64,000 nt of DNA from an uncultured bacterium (GCA_938014335.1 CALLRP010000006.1:14226-78225); one strand, 5' to 3'. Shown: positions 1 to 10,522, counted from the first letter of the stretch. The notes: generated by a model from the letters alone, not told the origin. Made by a program: numbers and translations.

Positions 1-309
1 CAATCTCTCCGAGATTCTATTGAAAGAGGGGGAGGGTTAGAAGTTCCATTGCGAGCATCTGCCGATGTGATTCCTCCGGTTGTTGCAGATATGTTAATAA
101 CAGGGGAAGAGTCAGGAAGTATAGATAAAATAGCTGAACAAATCGCTGAAATATATGATAATGAGGTTCAAGTGGCTGTTAATACCTTAGGTGAAGCACT
201 ACAACCTATTTTTACAGTTATTGTAGGTATTATTGTTGTAACCTTATTTGTTTCTTTGTTCTATCCGATGATTAGCATGATAGAACAGATAACAAATGCC
301 AGCGTCTAA
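1..309 (+). CDS. Type II secretion / type IV pilus platform protein (GspF/PilC family), C-terminal fragment; 5' end lies outside the window
   Basis: The frame is open from base 1. The translation QSLRDSIERGGGLEVPLRASADVIPPVVADMLITGEESGSIDKIAEQIAEIYDNEVQ is followed by a terminal TM helix (IFTVIVGIIVVTLFVSLFYPMI). This matches the conserved C-terminal repeat of GspF/PilC proteins (GE.SG motif). Confidence 0.75.
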   Translation, partial: QSLRDSIERGGGLEVPLRASADVIPPVVADMLITGEESGSIDKIAEQIAEIYDNEVQVAVNTLGEALQPIFTVIVGIIVVTLFVSLFYPMISMIEQITNASV

Positions 310-331
310 CAAATTCATACATTACATGAAC

Positions 332-369
332 GAAACGGGGCAAACATAATAAAATGTTTGCCCCGTTTC
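332..369. terminator. Putative bidirectional intrinsic terminator hairpin between convergent genes
   Basis: Perfect 16-bp inverted repeat gaaacggggcaaacat (332-347) / atgtttgccccgtttc (354-369) with a 6-nt loop. It lies between the stop codons at 309 (+) and 390 (-). The U-tracts are short on both strands. Confidence 0.55.
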
Positions 370-389
370 TATTGGAAAGTTCACATAAT

Positions 390-1619
390 TTATTTGGTTT
401 CAAAAATATTCTGAATCGTTTGCAAATCCACTCCCAATACTTTTTCTGCGAGATAATTTAATTCTTTTTCACTTCCTACAAAGTGGAAAGTCCGATGCGT
501 ATGTTCAACATATTCTCCTTTCTTTAATTCCTCCGCAGGAGAAGAAGTTTCTAATTCATAGAAAGGACCCAGAGGTTTTTTCCCGGGACCTAACGGGCCA
601 TCGTTATAAGAATTAATTACATCACCGCCATACGGGTCTTTTTGCATTTCCCACATCGAATTAACATAGGGTTTAAGCATGGTAGGCTTACTGTATTCCA
701 CAATGGTCAATACTTTATTCTTTGCATCATAGCTTCCACATACAGATAATGCTCGTTTTGGGGAAACTCCTATTTTGCTGCGATATTGCCCATCTCCACG
801 GAAGAATACCGCATTTTCTTTTACAACCAGACGGTCTGGAGGAACCTTGCCGAAATAAGCATCATTTACTTTGGGACCTAAAACCTCTTCCGGACCGGGT
901 AGGAACGGAATGACAATAGTGGTTTCTGAAGAAGGGTTAAACATTCCTAATATCCAGATAGACAATAGCCCTTTTTCTTTACTCCAATCTTCTGCCCCAG
1001 TATTTGTTATTTTATTTTTTGATTCAGCTCCTATGTATTTAATATTGGAAGGAATGGTCACTCCTAAAGCACCTGCTATTTGTTCTTTGGATAAAATGCT
1101 GACCGTTCGTTCTATTAATATTTGGAAATCGGTTCCTGACCAGTTTTTTAATTTTGCCTCCTTTTTGAAAGATACTTGCCTTTCGTTTTGTGAAATAACT
1201 TCATACGGTTCTGTATCTATAACCGCGGGGGTTTGCCAGTGTTCCAAATCGAAAGGAGCATTGATGGGGAAGAAAATACCATACTGTCCCCCTTCAGGAC
1301 CAATCCAGAAACGATCTTCACCTCCGAACACATTAATATGGGGTTCAAATTTTTTTGAGGAAATTAATTCACGATTAATCCATCCAAAACTTAATCCTTC
1401 TGCTCCTTCTGCGGTACTTGTCATGATACGTCCCTGATACTCGGGGACAATTGCAATTTCGCCATCAGATTCTGCATCTTTCAATACAATAACAGTTACA
1501 TACTGTTTTAAAAATTCCACATCATCTTTGAAACGAGAATCTGAGTATGCGGTATTGTAAGAAGAACAGAGGACAAACATTAGTAAAGATAATCCAATAA
1601 TAAACATAACCTTTGTCAT
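390..1619 (-). CDS. Secreted hypothetical protein (family not recognised)
   Basis: 409-aa ORF with a signal-like N-terminus (MFIIGLSLLMFVLCSS). No catalytic motif that I can name. The 188-aa and 63-aa ORFs on the opposite strand look like shadow ORFs. Confidence 0.6.
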   Translation of the reverse strand: MTKVMFIIGLSLLMFVLCSSYNTAYSDSRFKDDVEFLKQYVTVIVLKDAESDGEIAIVPEYQGRIMTSTAEGAEGLSFGWINRELISSKKFEPHINVFGGEDRFWIGPEGGQYGIFFPINAPFDLEHWQTPAVIDTEPYEVISQNERQVSFKKEAKLKNWSGTDFQILIERTVSILSKEQIAGALGVTIPSNIKYIGAESKNKITNTGAEDWSKEKGLLSIWILGMFNPSSETTIVIPFLPGPEEVLGPKVNDAYFGKVPPDRLVVKENAVFFRGDGQYRSKIGVSPKRALSVCGSYDAKNKVLTIVEYSKPTMLKPYVNSMWEMQKDPYGGDVINSYNDGPLGPGKKPLGPFYELETSSPAEELKKGEYVEHTHRTFHFVGSEKELNYLAEKVLGVDLQTIQNIFETK

Positions 1620-1759
1620 ACATTATCTCCTTTTAATTAATTATTTTTAAAGTAAATGTTAACTTATTTTTGTTTCGGAAAGTTAAACCAAAAGTATTAT
1701 AATATAACATCTAATAAGAAACTTATTAATTTTAATATATTTTAGGAAAAATTTTCGCT

Positions 1760-3892
1760 ATGAAGTTGCTTGCTTACAAAAAAACACGTGAGAAAAGAGT
1801 AAAAATCCTTTATATTCTTCCCTCTCATTATGATGATGACGGTTATCCGTATCGTTTCTGGAAAGGATTACTGCCATCAAACACACTCGTGTGTATGAGA
1901 GCATTAACAGAAAAGTTAATTAGAGATAATAAAATAGACCCTGCATTCGAGGTTCGAGTAGAGATAATAGATGAGTTTGTTCATGGAATCAATGTTGAAA
2001 AAATAGTTAAAGAGAGCAGGAAACAAAAAGAAAAATTAATTGTGGGGTTGGTGGGGGTGCAAACGAATATGTTTGCTCGGGCAACTGACATAGCCAGGAT
2101 GTTTCGTAAGCATGATATACCAGTAATGATGGGTGGATTCCATGTGAGTGGTGTTATAAAGTTATTCGGTCCACATACTTCGCACTTAAAATTCCTTATG
2201 GATAATGGTGTGAGTCTGGTTTGTGGAGAGGTGGAGGGGGAGGAAGTACTTGCTCGGATATTAAATGATGCTATTCATAATAATTTACAACCCTGTTACA
2301 TTATTCAAGAATCTCCTAATATTGATGAGGCTCCTATTCCTGAAGCAGATCCTGAATACTTAAAACATTTCATGCAACCCATGTGTACCATAGATACAAG
2401 TCGTGGATGTCCATTTAATTGCTCTTTTTGCACCATAATCAATGTCCAAGGGCGTAAAATAAGATGTCGTTCTGCGGAAAGAATTTTAGAGGTTATCGAG
2501 AGGAACTACGATAATGGGTTTTATAGTTATTTCTTTACTGATGATAATATGTCTCGTTCCCCTATTTGGAAAGAATTATTTACAGGGCTTATTGATTTGA
2601 AGCACCAAGGGAAGAAGATTCGATTCATGATGCAGATTGATACACAAGCATGGAAAATCCCTGATTTTGTTCGGATGGCTTCAGAAGCAGGATGTTATCT
2701 TGTATTTATTGGAATGGAAAGTATCAATCCGCAAAATCTAATTATGATGAAAAAGACACAAAATAAAACTTCTGAGTATGCTGAAATGGTGGAAGCATGG
2801 CATAAAGCGGGGGTTCTTGTTCATGTAGGGTATATTGTGGGGATGCCCTGTGATACCCCCAAAAGTATTATCTATGATGTTAAATTATTAAAAAGTGAAG
2901 TAAAAGTTGATGAGGCTTCCTTTTTTATCATGACCCCACTTCCGGGTTCAAGAGACCATAAAGAGCGTCTTGAAAAAGGAGAAAAAATATCAGAGGATTA
3001 TAATTATTATGATAGTTGCCACGAAACTTTCCTTCATCCTAATTTTAAATCTGGAGAATTAAAGAAATCCTGGCTAAAAGCATGGTCGCTGTTTTATTCT
3101 AAAGACAACATTATTGATATATTACTTCGTTGTCCACCCGAACAATATTGGAATGCTTTCTGGCTAACTTTATGGAACCGATATTCAACTTTATTGAGTA
3201 ATCATCCCATGAGTATGGGATTTTTGAGAAGAAAAAAACGCAAAGAACGTTGTCCAATGATGAGTGTTGAAAGTCGAGGAGAATTCCTAAGGAGAAGAAT
3301 TAAGGATTTTGCCAATCAAATCAGGGTAATTATACAGGTATTTTATGAATATCAAGAAATCTGGTTACTAACACGGAAACAATTAAAAGAAAAGAGAGAA
3401 TCCTTATCTTTTGCTTATTCATATCTTCAAGAAGTTCGTGTTCGATTGATACAAATGGTTCAATCTAACCAATACACTCAGTTTGTTTCCCAGGAGTATG
3501 ATCAACTTCTTCAAAAAGCAAACGAGTTAATCCTTCAACTGTCTCAAACTTCAGGACAGATAAATAAAAAAATCCAAAGGAAATTAGAACAACAATTAAG
3601 TGGATTTCGGGAACAGTTAAACAATTTAATACAAAAATCTTGTGCCCCTAATTTTGATAATTTAATTTGGCTGGATGCACTTGTGAAAAATAGAATCATC
3701 TCCAGCTATGAAGAGATAATGATAAAATCAGTTGCACATCGAAGAAAAATCAATCGCTGGTGGTTAGGAATAAAACATGATTTGTCTCATGGAACATTTC
3801 GACTACGAAACATGTTTTATATACCAGAAGTGTTATTATATGAAATTTCCACTGGATTAAGATTTGCTATTTCAGCAGTTCGGATGAAGTAA
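1760..3892 (+). CDS. Class-B (cobalamin-binding-domain) radical SAM enzyme with long C-terminal helical extension
   Basis: 710 aa. B12-binding-type segment (LIVGLVGVQTNMFARATDIARMFRKHDIPVMMGGFHVSG), then the rSAM cluster motif SRGCPFNCSFC (C217-x3-C221-x2-C224). The last ~230 aa are Q/K/E/L-rich and look helical or coiled-coil. Confidence 0.8.
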   Translation: MKLLAYKKTREKRVKILYILPSHYDDDGYPYRFWKGLLPSNTLVCMRALTEKLIRDNKIDPAFEVRVEIIDEFVHGINVEKIVKESRKQKEKLIVGLVGVQTNMFARATDIARMFRKHDIPVMMGGFHVSGVIKLFGPHTSHLKFLMDNGVSLVCGEVEGEEVLARILNDAIHNNLQPCYIIQESPNIDEAPIPEADPEYLKHFMQPMCTIDTSRGCPFNCSFCTIINVQGRKIRCRSAERILEVIERNYDNGFYSYFFTDDNMSRSPIWKELFTGLIDLKHQGKKIRFMMQIDTQAWKIPDFVRMASEAGCYLVFIGMESINPQNLIMMKKTQNKTSEYAEMVEAWHKAGVLVHVGYIVGMPCDTPKSIIYDVKLLKSEVKVDEASFFIMTPLPGSRDHKERLEKGEKISEDYNYYDSCHETFLHPNFKSGELKKSWLKAWSLFYSKDNIIDILLRCPPEQYWNAFWLTLWNRYSTLLSNHPMSMGFLRRKKRKERCPMMSVESRGEFLRRRIKDFANQIRVIIQVFYEYQEIWLLTRKQLKEKRESLSFAYSYLQEVRVRLIQMVQSNQYTQFVSQEYDQLLQKANELILQLSQTSGQINKKIQRKLEQQLSGFREQLNNLIQKSCAPNFDNLIWLDALVKNRIISSYEEIMIKSVAHRRKINRWWLGIKHDLSHGTFRLRNMFYIPEVLLYEISTGLRFAISAVRMK

Positions 3893-3895
3893 AAA

Positions 3896-4684
3896 ATGCC
3901 AGATATAGACATACAACATCGCAGGGTAGGGGTTATTATGCTTCATGGTTCCTGTTCCATGAGTTGTCTATTTTGTATTACAGAGAATAGCATTACAGAA
4001 ATGTCTCCAGAACAGGTAAAAACCATTTTAAAGCTTATGAAAGAGCAAGAAATGGAAAGTGTTGTTTTTGGAGGAGGCGAGCCACTACAATGGAATCATT
4101 CCTTATCGGATTCCATAAAATTAGCGAAATCTATGAGACTTCACACACAGGTAGGCACAAACGGTGTGGGATTAAATCCAGATGTAATTCAGAATTTAAA
4201 TGCAGACCGATATGTGCTTCCTATGGATTCTATCAATCCGCAAATTCATAATTATCTCAGAGGAGGATTCCGAAAACATTACGATATAATAAAAAAAAGA
4301 TTGAGATATTTAACAGAAATAGGGGTGCCTTTTACTATTTCCACAGTTGTTTGTAGGATTAATTTAGATATGTTAAATGAAATAACAGCTTTTCTATTAC
4401 ATTTGTGGGAAAAAGGAGCTCGAATCCATGCCTGGCATTTATATCGTTTTCTACCCATGGGTAGGGGTGGATTGAAAAACGCCAGCATGCTTCATATTAC
4501 CAAAGATGAATATTTTGAGAAAACGGAAGAGATAAAGCAACGTGGAATGCCTTTCCTCGTGTATCGTCGACCTAATATGCAGTTGTCAAAAGAAGTAGAT
4601 TTTTTTTGGGCGGAAGCAGGAGAAGTCAAAGTCGGCAGTCAGGTATGGGAAAAGAAGAATTCTACTTATTGTCTGTGTGAATAA
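3896..4684 (+). CDS. Small radical SAM enzyme (activase-sized)
   Basis: 262 aa. CX3CX2C sits very near the N-terminus (HGSCSMSCLFC; C20/C24/C27), with a GGGEP SAM-binding motif (VVFGGGEPLQW). Its ATG is 4 nt after the stop of the preceding rSAM gene. Confidence 0.75.
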   Translation: MPDIDIQHRRVGVIMLHGSCSMSCLFCITENSITEMSPEQVKTILKLMKEQEMESVVFGGGEPLQWNHSLSDSIKLAKSMRLHTQVGTNGVGLNPDVIQNLNADRYVLPMDSINPQIHNYLRGGFRKHYDIIKKRLRYLTEIGVPFTISTVVCRINLDMLNEITAFLLHLWEKGARIHAWHLYRFLPMGRGGLKNASMLHITKDEYFEKTEEIKQRGMPFLVYRRPNMQLSKEVDFFWAEAGEVKVGSQVWEKKNSTYCLCE

Positions 4685-4692
4685 TGTATTCA

Positions 4693-6465
4693 CTATTTTT
4701 TAGGGGGAACAATGGAGATATGGAGTTCTTGAAGTTGTTTCGGTGTAACTTCACTGGGAGCGCCCATAAGTAGGTCACGTGCTTTCTGGTTTAGTGGAAA
4801 TGCGATGACTTCGCGGATATTAGGAGAATCCGTGAGCAACATTAGTATTCGGTCGAAGCCGGGAGCAATTCCTCCGTGAGGTGGGGCTCCGTAATGAAAG
4901 GCTTTCCACAAAGCAGGAAATTTATTTTTAACAACTTCAGGGGGATAGCCAACAATTTCAAAGGCTTTAAGCATGATTTCAGGCTTATGATTACGAATCG
5001 CTCCGGAGGAAAGTTCTACACCATTACATACAATATCATACTGATACGCCAGGATATCCAACGGGTCTTTGTTTAATAATGCATCCATTCCCCCCTGAGG
5101 CATCGAAAAAGGATTGTGTGAAAAATCGTAGTGTTTTTCTTCTTCATTCCACTCAAACATGGGGAAGTCAACAATCCAGCAAAAGGCGACCTGGTTGGGG
5201 TCTATCATGTTTAACTGACGGGCAAGGTAAGTCCGAACCTTGCCCATAAGAGTGTTGGTTTCATTCCTTGCACCGGCTCCGAAGAAAATTGCATCGCCTT
5301 CTTTCATCTGAAGTTTCTGAATGAGTGCTTGTTTTTCTTCCTCTTTCATAAATTTTGCTATAGGACCTTTAAAATCCCCTTCTTTCAATATGAGCCACGC
5401 TAATCCCTTAGCTCCTTCACTTTTTGCATATTCTTCTGCATCATCAAAAAATTTGCGGGGTTGCTGGTCTGCACCAGGGAGATGAATAACTTTAATAACT
5501 CCACCTGTTTTTATCTGTGCACTGAAAACTTTCAGTTCGGAGTTAGCAAATATATCAGTACAATCATGCATTTCAAGTCCATAGCGGAGGTCAGGCTTAT
5601 CGGTTCCGTATTTTTCCATAGCTTCCCGATAGGGGATGCGGGGAAATTTTTCCCAGATGATATTTTTAGTGGACAGTTCTTTGAATATACGAACCATCAA
5701 TAATTCGAGTTCATAAAATATATCTTCTTGTGTTACAAAGGACATTTCTATATCAATTTGATAAAATTCTCCGGGACTACGGTCTGCGCGTGAATCTTCA
5801 TCACGAAAACAGGGTGCTATCTGGAAGTACTTATCGAAGCCAGAAATCATCAGTAATTGTTTAAACTGTTGGGGAGCCTGGGGAAGAGCATAAAATTGCC
5901 CGGGATAGATTCGACTGGGAACCAGAAAATCACGAGCCCCTTCCGGCGAAGAACTTGTGAGTATGGGAGTATGAAATTCATTAAATCCACGAGAGATTAA
6001 ATGTTCTCGGACAAGTTTCGCTAATTTTGCTCGTAACATAATGTTTTTATGAAGCGTATTTCGCCTAAGGTCTAAAAATCGATATTCCAGTCTCAGTTCT
6101 TCGGGTGCTTCTATTTCTTTATTAACAGGAAAAGGTAATTGTTCACAGGCGGATTCGAGAAGAAAACTATTGGCGATCACTTCTATTTCACCCGTTTCAA
6201 TATTGGGATTAATCGTTTCGGGTGTTCGCGCAACAACTTCTCCCTCAATAGTTATTACACTTTCGTTTCGTACACTTTCTACTTCGGAGAAAAAAGGACG
6301 GTCAGGATTGACTACAATTTGTGTCATTCCGTAATGGTCGCGCAAATCTATGAAAATCACTCCACCGTGGTCTCGTTTTGTATGTACCCAGCCGGAAAGT
6401 TTGACAGTTTTACCTACATCAGGTTTTCTTAACTGATTGCAGTGATAGGTTCGGAAAGGGTGCAT
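4693..6465 (-). CDS. aspS: Aspartyl-tRNA synthetase (bacterial type)
   Basis: 590 aa. Class II motifs are present: FRDEDSRADRSPGEFYQID (motif 2) and GGIAPGFDRILML (motif 3). There is an N-terminal OB-fold anticodon-binding region, and the length fits the bacterial insertion domain. Confidence 0.95.
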   Translation of the reverse strand: MHPFRTYHCNQLRKPDVGKTVKLSGWVHTKRDHGGVIFIDLRDHYGMTQIVVNPDRPFFSEVESVRNESVITIEGEVVARTPETINPNIETGEIEVIANSFLLESACEQLPFPVNKEIEAPEELRLEYRFLDLRRNTLHKNIMLRAKLAKLVREHLISRGFNEFHTPILTSSSPEGARDFLVPSRIYPGQFYALPQAPQQFKQLLMISGFDKYFQIAPCFRDEDSRADRSPGEFYQIDIEMSFVTQEDIFYELELLMVRIFKELSTKNIIWEKFPRIPYREAMEKYGTDKPDLRYGLEMHDCTDIFANSELKVFSAQIKTGGVIKVIHLPGADQQPRKFFDDAEEYAKSEGAKGLAWLILKEGDFKGPIAKFMKEEEKQALIQKLQMKEGDAIFFGAGARNETNTLMGKVRTYLARQLNMIDPNQVAFCWIVDFPMFEWNEEEKHYDFSHNPFSMPQGGMDALLNKDPLDILAYQYDIVCNGVELSSGAIRNHKPEIMLKAFEIVGYPPEVVKNKFPALWKAFHYGAPPHGGIAPGFDRILMLLTDSPNIREVIAFPLNQKARDLLMGAPSEVTPKQLQELHISIVPPKK

Positions 6466-6682
6466 TTACTTTTCTCCTATTATGGTATTTAGTAAGGCTA
6501 TATATTTTTGAATTAACAAATATTCGTGTATAAAGACAATATTTTAAAAAAAAAGGTAATTAAGAGTATAATATCCACTTAATCCCCCAAATAAGTATAT
6601 ATTAGCGTAATAGTTTAAATGAATTGAGGGAACTTTTTCAATGTAGAAACTCATATAATTATTAACTTTTTAGGAGTAAAAA

Positions 6683-7693
6683 ATGATAAGAGTAGGAATA
6701 GTTGGTGCCATAGGTTATGCGGGACGAGAGTTTATTCGTCTGATAATAGGACATCCACAGGCGCAGTTGGTTTGTGCTATAGAAATGGAGGCAGGTAAAA
6801 AACTACAGGATGTTCTTCCTAATCTCCGTAAGTTAGTTGATATTGAATTAGAAACATTTAACCCAGATGTAGTAGCCCAAAAATGTGATGTGGTGTTTTT
6901 TGCATTGCCTGCGGGCAAATCGATGCCATTAATAGCGGAGTTAGATAAGAAAGGTGTTGTAGTGATGGATTTGGGCTCTGATTTGCGAATTAAAGATGCA
7001 AATGCTTATGAAAAATTTTATAAAATACAATATACTCATCCCGAATTCGTGGCCCGTTCGGTTTATGGATTAGTGCCGTGGTATCGTGAACAAATTAAGA
7101 AGGCTGATTTTGTGGCCGTTCCGGGTTGTTTCCCTATCAGTGCTATTTTACCATTGCGTCCTTTGGTTGAGCATGCAAAACCGGATATACCCATAGTTAT
7201 TGATTCTGTTTCAGGGGTTTCTGGAGCAGGGCGTAGTTTGAACGAATTATTCCATTTCCCAAATATGAATGAAAACATGCGTGCATATCGTATTGGAAAT
7301 CATCAACATGTTCCCGAAATAGAACAAGAAATAGGTGGAAAATATCAGGTCCAGTTTACACCTCATGTGGCACCACTTACGCGTGGAATTCTTTCTACAA
7401 TTACACTAAGACCTACAAAAGGTGTAAATCCCGCAGATATATATAAATGCTATGAAAAGGAACCTTTTGTACGCGTTCTACCTGAAGGACAATTCCCAGA
7501 AATAAATTTTGTTCGTAATTCCAATTTCTGCGATATAGGTTGGACTTATGATAGACGGACAGGAAATATTGTAATTATTAGTGCTATTGATAATCTCGTT
7601 GGAGGTACCGCGGGCATGGGTGTTCAGTGTTTAAATGTCCGATTTGGATTTCCAGAAGACACAGGGCTTCGTTTCCCGGGAATGATGCCATAA
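6683..7693 (+). CDS. argC: N-acetyl-gamma-glutamyl-phosphate reductase
   Basis: 336 aa. Rossmann motif GIVGAIGYAGRE, catalytic Cys context VPGCFPIS, and the SGVSGAGR motif. The gene is followed by argJ and argB. Confidence 0.93.
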   Translation: MIRVGIVGAIGYAGREFIRLIIGHPQAQLVCAIEMEAGKKLQDVLPNLRKLVDIELETFNPDVVAQKCDVVFFALPAGKSMPLIAELDKKGVVVMDLGSDLRIKDANAYEKFYKIQYTHPEFVARSVYGLVPWYREQIKKADFVAVPGCFPISAILPLRPLVEHAKPDIPIVIDSVSGVSGAGRSLNELFHFPNMNENMRAYRIGNHQHVPEIEQEIGGKYQVQFTPHVAPLTRGILSTITLRPTKGVNPADIYKCYEKEPFVRVLPEGQFPEINFVRNSNFCDIGWTYDRRTGNIVIISAIDNLVGGTAGMGVQCLNVRFGFPEDTGLRFPGMMP

Positions 7694-7726
7694 TAAATAA
7701 ATTAATAATAGATAAAGGAAATAAAA

Positions 7727-8938
7727 ATGAGTATAGTTCCTATTGATGGTGGAGTTTGTGCAAGTTTAGGTTTTGAATCCGCTTCTGCTTCCGCAGGGAT
7801 AAAGAATCCTGAAAATAAAAGATTGGATTGTGCTTTAGTGGTATCAAGAAATAAAGCAAATGTAGCAGGGACTTTTACCACAAATCGGGTGAAAGCAGCT
7901 CCTGTATGGTGGTGCCAGCAAATTTGTGAGAGAGGGGAAGCTCAGGCTGTATTTATAAATAGTGGTAATGCGAATGCATGCACGGGGGAGCAAGGGAAAA
8001 AGGATGTAGAACAGACTGCGGAAGAATTAGCATCATTATTGAAGATAGGAAAAGAATGTGTGTTGGTTATGAGTACCGGTGTAATTGGGGTTCCTTTACC
8101 AATGGATAGAATAAAAAAAGGAATACAGGAATGCTTAAAATCTTTGTCTTCTGAGAATCATTTAAACTCGGCGAGAGCCATTATGACCACAGATACAGTC
8201 CCGAAGGAATATGCTGTAGCAGTGCAATTATCCAACGGGATTGTTCGCATTGGTGGAATGGCAAAAGGAGCCGGTATGATTTGCCCTAATATGGCAACCA
8301 TGTTATGTGTTTTGACAACAGATGCTTGGATTGATAAAGGGCAACTTAAAAGACTGCTTTTAAATGCGGTTCAAAAATCATTTAATTGTATTGCCGTTGA
8401 TAATGATATGAGCACAAATGATTCGGTAATTTTAATGGCAAATGGAGCCTCAGAAATAACAATTCAACCTGGTTCTGAAGATGAAAAATTATTTTTTGAA
8501 GGATTACAACAGGTATGTATTCGATTGGCACGAAATATCGTTTCAGATGGCGAAGGTGCGACCAAATTAGTAGAAATTAGAATCACTGGGGCAGATACAG
8601 AAGATAATGCGAAGAAAATAGCAAAATCTATTGCAGTGTCCCAGTTATGCAAAACAGCATTTTTTGGGGGGGACCCAAATTGGGGTAGAATTTTGTGTGC
8701 TATAGGATACAGTGGAGTTCCTGTAGAGTCCGAAAGAATAAAACTTTGGATAGGGGATATACTCGTTTTTGAGGAAGGACTGCCTGCTCGATATGATGAA
8801 AAAGAAGTAGCAGAGGTAATGAGAAATAAAGAATTTACAATTCAAGCCTTTTTAGGTATGGGTTCAGAAGAAATATATTATTGGACTTCTGATTTAAGTT
8901 ATGATTATGTGAAAATAAATGCAGATTATAGAACGTAA
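7727..8938 (+). CDS. argJ: Bifunctional ornithine acetyltransferase / N-acetylglutamate synthase
   Basis: 403 aa. Autoproteolytic ATML site (PNMATMLCVLTTDA) and overall ArgJ-like sequence, flanked by argC and argB. Confidence 0.93.
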   Translation: MSIVPIDGGVCASLGFESASASAGIKNPENKRLDCALVVSRNKANVAGTFTTNRVKAAPVWWCQQICERGEAQAVFINSGNANACTGEQGKKDVEQTAEELASLLKIGKECVLVMSTGVIGVPLPMDRIKKGIQECLKSLSSENHLNSARAIMTTDTVPKEYAVAVQLSNGIVRIGGMAKGAGMICPNMATMLCVLTTDAWIDKGQLKRLLLNAVQKSFNCIAVDNDMSTNDSVILMANGASEITIQPGSEDEKLFFEGLQQVCIRLARNIVSDGEGATKLVEIRITGADTEDNAKKIAKSIAVSQLCKTAFFGGDPNWGRILCAIGYSGVPVESERIKLWIGDILVFEEGLPARYDEKEVAEVMRNKEFTIQAFLGMGSEEIYYWTSDLSYDYVKINADYRT

Positions 8939-8955
8939 TTTTGCAAGGAAGATTT

Positions 8956-9825
8956 ATGAATAAATTGATAGAAAAAGCCAATGTTCTGATTGAAGCATTG
9001 CCGTATATCCGTGAGTTCTGGGGTAAAACAGTGGTTATAAAATACGGGGGTGCGGCAATGATAGAGGAACGATTAAGACAAAGCACAGCAGAAGATATTG
9101 TATTGATGAAATATGTTGGAATGAATCCCATTGTTGTTCATGGAGGAGGGCCCTCCATAAATGAGATGTTAAAAAAATTAGGGATTACACCTCAGTTTAG
9201 CCCACAGGGACTTCGGATTACAGACGAAAAAACGATTTCTGTTGTAGAGATGGTTCTATCGGGTGTAGTAAACAAAGATATTGTCGCCTTAATAAATCGT
9301 GCTGGAGGCTCTGCGGTTGGTATTAGCGGTAAAGATGGTCGCTTACTTTATGCCGTCAAAAAATACGCAGAGGATGGGACAGATATTGGCCAGGTAGGAA
9401 GAATTACAAAGGTGGAAACAAAAGTGATTCAGGTTCTTTGTGAAGCGGGTTTTATACCTGTCGTTGCTCCGTTAGCAACGGACGAATTCGGTGGGGTATG
9501 GAATATAAATGCAGACACAGTAGCAGGAGATATTGCCTCTGCGATGAAAGCAGAAAAATTAGTATTTCTAACTGACACCCCCGGTTTATTGCGTGACCCT
9601 TCCAATCCTGAAACATTAATTCATCAACTGCCCTCGAATGAGATTCAGTATCTGAAAGATGAAAAAATAATAAGTGGAGGTATGATTCCTAAGATTGAAT
9701 CATGCTTAAAAGCATTGGACCATGGAGTCCGCAAAACCCACATTATTGATGGTCGTATTCCTCATAGTTTATTACTTGAAATCTTTACTCGTGAGGGACT
9801 GGGAACGCTTGTATATCTTTCTTAA
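8956..9825 (+). CDS. argB: Acetylglutamate kinase
   Basis: ATG at 8956 is preceded by AAGGAAG; the track's TTG at 8941 is less likely. Amino-acid-kinase motifs VIKYGGAAM and VVHGGGP are present. Confidence 0.93.
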   Translation: MNKLIEKANVLIEALPYIREFWGKTVVIKYGGAAMIEERLRQSTAEDIVLMKYVGMNPIVVHGGGPSINEMLKKLGITPQFSPQGLRITDEKTISVVEMVLSGVVNKDIVALINRAGGSAVGISGKDGRLLYAVKKYAEDGTDIGQVGRITKVETKVIQVLCEAGFIPVVAPLATDEFGGVWNINADTVAGDIASAMKAEKLVFLTDTPGLLRDPSNPETLIHQLPSNEIQYLKDEKIISGGMIPKIESCLKALDHGVRKTHIIDGRIPHSLLLEIFTREGLGTLVYLS

Positions 9826-9886
9826 TGAATTATCGTAATAAATAAAGATTATATAAATTTAATTCGTTTGAAAAGGAGATTATCTG

Positions 9887-10522
9887 ATGCCGATGGACCC
9901 CCTCGAGATTATGTTTAAAGGTGGAATTTTAATGTGGCCTATTATGCTCTGCTCTGTGATAGGCGTATGTATTATTATAGAGCGTTTTTGGTTTTTACGG
10001 AGGGCTGGGATTGATACAAGCGAGTTTATGGATACAATTCGCCAGGTCCTTCGACAAAATCGTATACAAGATGCAGTTGATATTTGTAATCGTGTGGATG
10101 CTCCCGTAGCACGGATATTAAAAGCAGGAATTCTAAAGTATAAAAAATCGAAGGAAGAAATTCGTGAATCTATAGAAGATGCCGGACAGATGGAAATCCC
10201 TCGTTTGGAGAGGTATTTGTCTGCATTAGCCACATGTGCTAGTATTGCCCCTTTATTAGGGCTTCTTGGGACTGTTCAGGGTATGATAAAATGTTTTGCG
10301 GCGATTCAAAATAAGAGAGGACAAGTTAATCCATCGGATCTCGCGGAAGGTATTTCCAACGCATTAATTACTACTGCTGCTGGACTAACTGTAGCTATAC
10401 CTCTTCTGGTGTTCTATAACTATTTTGTATCCAGAGTGGATAATATGATTGTAGAGATGGAAATAAGTTCTTCAGAATTAGTGGATTTACTTACACGACA
10501 TCAGGGAGACAAGGAGATTTAA
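9887..10522 (+). CDS. MotA/TolQ/ExbB-family proton channel
   Basis: 211 aa with three TM helices. Conserved C-terminal channel region (APLLGLLGTVQGMI ... ALITTAAGLTVAIP). AAGGAG lies upstream of the ATG. Confidence 0.85.
   Translation: MPMDPLEIMFKGGILMWPIMLCSVIGVCIIIERFWFLRRAGIDTSEFMDTIRQVLRQNRIQDAVDICNRVDAPVARILKAGILKYKKSKEEIRESIEDAGQMEIPRLERYLSALATCASIAPLLGLLGTVQGMIKCFAAIQNKRGQVNPSDLAEGISNALITTAAGLTVAIPLLVFYNYFVSRVDNMIVEMEISSSELVDLLTRHQGDKEI

Noticed and set aside
871-1437. 188-aa ORF (and the 63-aa ORF at 722-913) on the plus strand
   Set aside because: Both lie entirely antisense to the well-formed 409-aa gene. They are low-complexity, have no SD and match no family. They are typical shadow ORFs.
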